Source: a virus (taxonomy: Duplodnaviria > Caudoviricetes). Taken from it: a stretch of DNA of 64,000 bases. Shown piece after piece: positions 60,484 to 64,000 of the stretch; positions within the stretch are counted from its first letter, which is position 1; every line of letters begins with the position of its first letter. The notes beneath the pieces were generated by a model. It was not told where the DNA came from. It did no database searches and was given only the letters and a program-made list of their open reading frames with translations. The position numbers and the translations under genes are program-made. The DNA lies in IMG/VR virus record IMGVR_UViG_3300029305_001221, positions 1 to 64,000 of that record; one strand, given 5' to 3'.

Positions 60484-62112
60484 ATGGCCCATGAACATAG
60501 GATCTATGATACTGACAGGCATTTTCAGATCAATCCTGTTACTCGAGCAATTTCTAATCCCAGTAACAAGGTAACTCTTATTCAGTATGACCATAATTCA
60601 GAGCTGTTCGGCTTTGAGATTCCGCGTTATGTCGACGGCCACGACATGTCGCTCTGTAATCGCGTCGAAGTTCATTATATTAACATCGGTGCGAAGTCTC
60701 AGAATACTGGTTTATACGAAGTAACTGATTTACAGGTTCTTCCCGAAGATGAGGATATAGTTACTTGTACCTGGCTTATTTCTCAGAATGCAACACAGCT
60801 TGTCGGTAGTCTTCATTTCATTGTTAGATATGCTTGTGTCGAGGAAGATAATACAATTTCCTATAACTGGAACACGGCAATTTATTCTAGCATTAAGGTC
60901 TCGAGCGGTATCTATAACTCTGAGCATGTGATCGATCAGTATGCCGACATTCTCGAGGAGTGGAAACAGGCTCTCTATGCAGAAGGTCTTAAGATTAGTT
61001 CTGTTGAACAGACTGTTGTCTCCACAGAGGATAGTGGTGTAAATGAGTTTACCTTTACCATGACTGACGGTAGTAAAAACATTTTCATCGTGAGAAATGG
61101 TTCCAAGGGTGATATTGGTAATCCTTTCACTTATGAGGATTTTACTGCTGAACAGTTGGCAGCACTTACTGGACCGACTGGCTCCTCCATCAAGACTATC
61201 ACTAGAACTTCTGGCACTGGAGCTGCTGGTACCATCGACACTTACACGGTCGCTATGACCGATGGTTCAACTTCGACTTTCCAGGTTTATAATGGCGCTG
61301 ATGGTGAGGATGGAGCCTCTATTCAGTCTATTACTCGAACTTCTGGTACAGGTGCCGCTGGTACTACTGACACTTACACCGTTACTCGGACTGACGGAAC
61401 TGTGTGTGGCACCTTTAATGTCTATAACGGCGCTAACGGAACAGGTGCTGGCGATATGACTATGGCTGTCTATGATCCTCAGGGAAAGGCGCAGGATATT
61501 TTTGCTTATGTCGATAACGCAATTAGCGACATTCCGACTCCTGATGTATCCGGACAGATCAAGATTCATAATACCGACACCACTGCTCACGCGGATATTC
61601 GTGCTGCCATAGACGCGATTGAGATCCCGACGGTTCCCACCAAGGTGAGTGCGCTTGAGAATGATAGTGGCTATATAACTGCAGACGTAATTCCCACGGA
61701 TGTAAGCGCTTTTACGAATGATAGCGGCTATATCACTACAGATGCAATTCCTACGAAGACTAGCGAATTGACTAATGATAGCGGTTATATCACCGAAAGC
61801 GCAGTTCCTACGAAGACTAGCGAATTGACTAACGATAGCGGCTATATCACTACAGATGCAATTCCTACGAAGACTAGCGAATTGACTAATGATAGCGGTT
61901 ATATCACTGCAGACGCAATTCCTACGGTTCCTACGAATGTTAGCGCTTTTACAAATGATAGTGGCTATATAACCGCGGAAGCAATTCCTACGATTCCGAC
62001 CAACGTAAGCGCGTTCACGAACGACAGCGGTTATGCGACTGAGACATATGTGGACTCCGCTATCGGCGATATCGCTACTGTACTCGATTCTATTAATGGC
62101 GAGGTGATCTAA
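60484..62112 (+). CDS. Fibre-like structural protein: BppU-like N-domain, Gly/Thr repeats and seven NDSGY repeats
   Basis: QYDHNSE..FEIPRYVDGHD; two TRTSGTGAAGT units; 19-aa units (57-nt DNA period near 61747-61907). Confidence 0.7.
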   Translation: MAHEHRIYDTDRHFQINPVTRAISNPSNKVTLIQYDHNSELFGFEIPRYVDGHDMSLCNRVEVHYINIGAKSQNTGLYEVTDLQVLPEDEDIVTCTWLISQNATQLVGSLHFIVRYACVEEDNTISYNWNTAIYSSIKVSSGIYNSEHVIDQYADILEEWKQALYAEGLKISSVEQTVVSTEDSGVNEFTFTMTDGSKNIFIVRNGSKGDIGNPFTYEDFTAEQLAALTGPTGSSIKTITRTSGTGAAGTIDTYTVAMTDGSTSTFQVYNGADGEDGASIQSITRTSGTGAAGTTDTYTVTRTDGTVCGTFNVYNGANGTGAGDMTMAVYDPQGKAQDIFAYVDNAISDIPTPDVSGQIKIHNTDTTAHADIRAAIDAIEIPTVPTKVSALENDSGYITADVIPTDVSAFTNDSGYITTDAIPTKTSELTNDSGYITESAVPTKTSELTNDSGYITTDAIPTKTSELTNDSGYITADAIPTVPTNVSAFTNDSGYITAEAIPTIPTNVSAFTNDSGYATETYVDSAIGDIATVLDSINGEVI

Positions 62113-63008
62113 TGGGAACGATTGTTGATAAGTTGAATAAACTCCTTTCTACGAAGAATGCGATTAAGGCTTCTATCATAGCTAAGGGTCAGACTATTTC
62201 CGATACCGACCCCTTCGCTAGCTACCCCGCAAAGATCGATGCCATTGAGACCGGAGTTGACACGAGCGACGCTACAGCTACTGCTGGCGATCTACCAGAA
62301 GGTGTGACTGCTTATGTTAATAGTGAGAAGGTAACTGGTACTGTTCCTGTAAGTAAGGCCGGAAGCTCTTTACCATCTGATTATTACACAGTAGGTGTAA
62401 GCGCAAACGGAGTCGTTGCAAGAGGTAAGGTAACATCTGACTACTTAGTTCGCTCTGGTGGATATACCAGAATCGAGATTCCCGCAGAAAATTTCGGTGA
62501 CGCTACCGCCGTCGATGTTGCTTCCGGCAAGACCTTCACTAGTGCTGCTGGTTTGAAAGTTACCGGTACCATGGTTGCAGATGGTTGGGAAAAAGTTCAA
62601 TTCATGCTCGAAGGTTCCGGAGAAGCTAGTTTGTCGACTGATATTTACGGCAACGGCGTGTTTTATATAGATTTCGCATCTCCTATATCGGATTTTTGCG
62701 GTTTATCTATATTTTACGAATACGATGATGGTCCTGGTTATCAATCGTATGCTTCGTCTATTGTGCCCGGATTTAGTGATGATACGTTTATAGGTATGTA
62801 TCATAATTTTGACTGGGCTAATGAAGATTCTGATGGATTTATTTCTGGAACAGAGGGAGACGCCCTCTATGATTGGGGTATTACTGCTTCCTTAGTATCG
62901 TCCACGAGAATTAAAGTAGATATGAACGAATTAGGCAATTGGCTCATGGACTCTAGTGATGCTAGCGGTCACTATGGGACCGGAACCGTCTTTGTCAAAT
63001 ACGTATAA
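62112..63008 (+). CDS. Minor structural / fibre-associated protein
   Basis: KNAIKASIIAKG...YPAKIDAI; DATA...GVTAYVN..KVTGT repeats. Confidence 0.6.
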   Translation: MGTIVDKLNKLLSTKNAIKASIIAKGQTISDTDPFASYPAKIDAIETGVDTSDATATAGDLPEGVTAYVNSEKVTGTVPVSKAGSSLPSDYYTVGVSANGVVARGKVTSDYLVRSGGYTRIEIPAENFGDATAVDVASGKTFTSAAGLKVTGTMVADGWEKVQFMLEGSGEASLSTDIYGNGVFYIDFASPISDFCGLSIFYEYDDGPGYQSYASSIVPGFSDDTFIGMYHNFDWANEDSDGFISGTEGDALYDWGITASLVSSTRIKVDMNELGNWLMDSSDASGHYGTGTVFVKYV

Positions 63009-63048
63009 TAATATACACACGCTGCCAATGTTAAAAGGAGGAATGTCC

Positions 63049-63873
63049 ATGTCTGTTTATAAAATTCCTCGCAAAATTGCACGCTTTGAGATTTTTCGAC
63101 CCAAGACGACGTTAAAGTCCTGGCTATCGAAACAGTCGGATAAACCTGATATTCTGTTTAATGCGAGCTTATATACAGGCTCATACGTTCCATGTGGCAC
63201 GATATGGAACGATGGGGAATTAGTTAGCAACCAGGGTAAAGGTTTCGGCTTCGGTACAGTTGATAAAAAGACTGTTGAATTTGGACAACCTTGGGACAAG
63301 AAATGGTACGATTTTATAACCGGTTATTATGGGCTTGTCCAAAACGGTAAAGCTATCGACCCTCCCTGGAAGGACGCTTATGTATTCGACAAAGCTCTGA
63401 ACCGTATCGCTTTTGGTCAACTTAAGTCCGGAGAATTCGCAATATTCTGTGAAAATGGAAAAACCATCAAGCAGTATGCTGTCGATGCGGAACGAGCTGG
63501 TTTCAAATCCCTCTGTAATCTGGACGGCGGAGGTTCCAGAGCCCTCTATTGGCTCGGCAAGTGGGTTCACACTAGCACGAGAACTCCGTACAACGCCGTC
63601 GCTATATGGTTGGAGCCAAAGAAAACTATCGTAAAACCATCTATAAGTGCTGGTAAAGAGGTGAGTTCTGTGCAGGTAGTCTGTAATGCGAAGACGAAAG
63701 TCTACAATTCTAGTGGTAAAGTCGAAATTGGTCGCTATATCACCAAAGGCGACATTTGTGAACTGACGAACAAACTAGACCTCGACAATCTTCAGGTTGA
63801 GATCATCTATCCTGCAGGTGTCAACATGCGAACTGCGTATATTAAAGACTTGGCTAATTTTACCAAACTATAA
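63049..63873 (+). CDS. Phosphodiester glycosidase (NAGPA-like) family protein
   Basis: FNASLY, RIAFG, NLDGGGS; AAGGAGG RBS. Confidence 0.7.
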   Translation: MSVYKIPRKIARFEIFRPKTTLKSWLSKQSDKPDILFNASLYTGSYVPCGTIWNDGELVSNQGKGFGFGTVDKKTVEFGQPWDKKWYDFITGYYGLVQNGKAIDPPWKDAYVFDKALNRIAFGQLKSGEFAIFCENGKTIKQYAVDAERAGFKSLCNLDGGGSRALYWLGKWVHTSTRTPYNAVAIWLEPKKTIVKPSISAGKEVSSVQVVCNAKTKVYNSSGKVEIGRYITKGDICELTNKLDLDNLQVEIIYPAGVNMRTAYIKDLANFTKL

Positions 63874-63951
63874 AATCATTAATTAAGGTCGGGAGGGGAT
63901 GCATAGTGCTTCTCCTCTCTATATCTTATTACTAAGGAGGTTATATAACAT

Positions 63952-64000
63952 ATGTCTTTTAACGCACGAATTAAAAACAAAAGAGACACAGCTTCCAATT
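63952..64000 (+). CDS. Start of a gene running off the window
   Basis: AAGGAGG RBS, MSFNARIKNKRDTASN. Confidence 0.5.
   Translation, partial: MSFNARIKNKRDTASN

Noticed and set aside
6412-63570. Numerous minus-strand ORFs in the track (e.g. 30187-31797, 42702-43466, 43631-44395, 57438-58184)
   Set aside because: They are shadows of well-supported plus-strand genes, lack RBSs and have no recognisable motifs; only the integrase and repressor are accepted on the minus strand
1-64000. Diversity-generating retroelement, retron or group II intron
   Set aside because: No reverse transcriptase motif (YxDD in an RT context) in any ORF; the repeat pairs do not show adenine-specific mismatches

Overview
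The window is an internal 64-kb part of a temperate tailed-phage genome, probably infecting a spore-forming gut Firmicute (it encodes a Spo0A effector domain and a SleB-like hydrolase). No host genes are evident. From memory, the gene content resembles Lactococcus phage 1706 / Rhodococcus ReqiPepy6-type siphoviruses and their gut Clostridia relatives; this was not verified by search. Left to right: end of the tail/lysis module (1-2.3 kb); an array of small promoter-gene-terminator cassettes (2.4-13.7 kb), interrupted by an AT-rich minus-strand integrase/repressor module with a candidate attP (3.4-6.5 kb); a replication module with a 1363-aa SF3 helicase-primase-PolB fusion, an SSB, three tRNAs, an HNH and an SF2 helicase (13.8-26 kb); a long accessory region with many shuffled Cys-rich domains and nucleotide/folate enzymes (27-54 kb); a TGGCCA-repeat origin candidate (54.2-54.6 kb); a nuclease plus two-barrel RNA polymerase operon (56-60 kb); a candidate cos site (60.4 kb); and fibre-like structural genes. 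The strongest unexplained signal is a 27-bp fixed-spacing motif, nCGCG-W-rich-CA-N5-TWTWATRR. I found 28 copies, all on the + strand, ahead of cassettes and operons, including the operon of the phage's own RNA polymerase. Two copies drive apparent non-coding RNAs: a twin-hairpin sRNA and a tRNA-like RNA. All functional calls come from visual motif recognition only.
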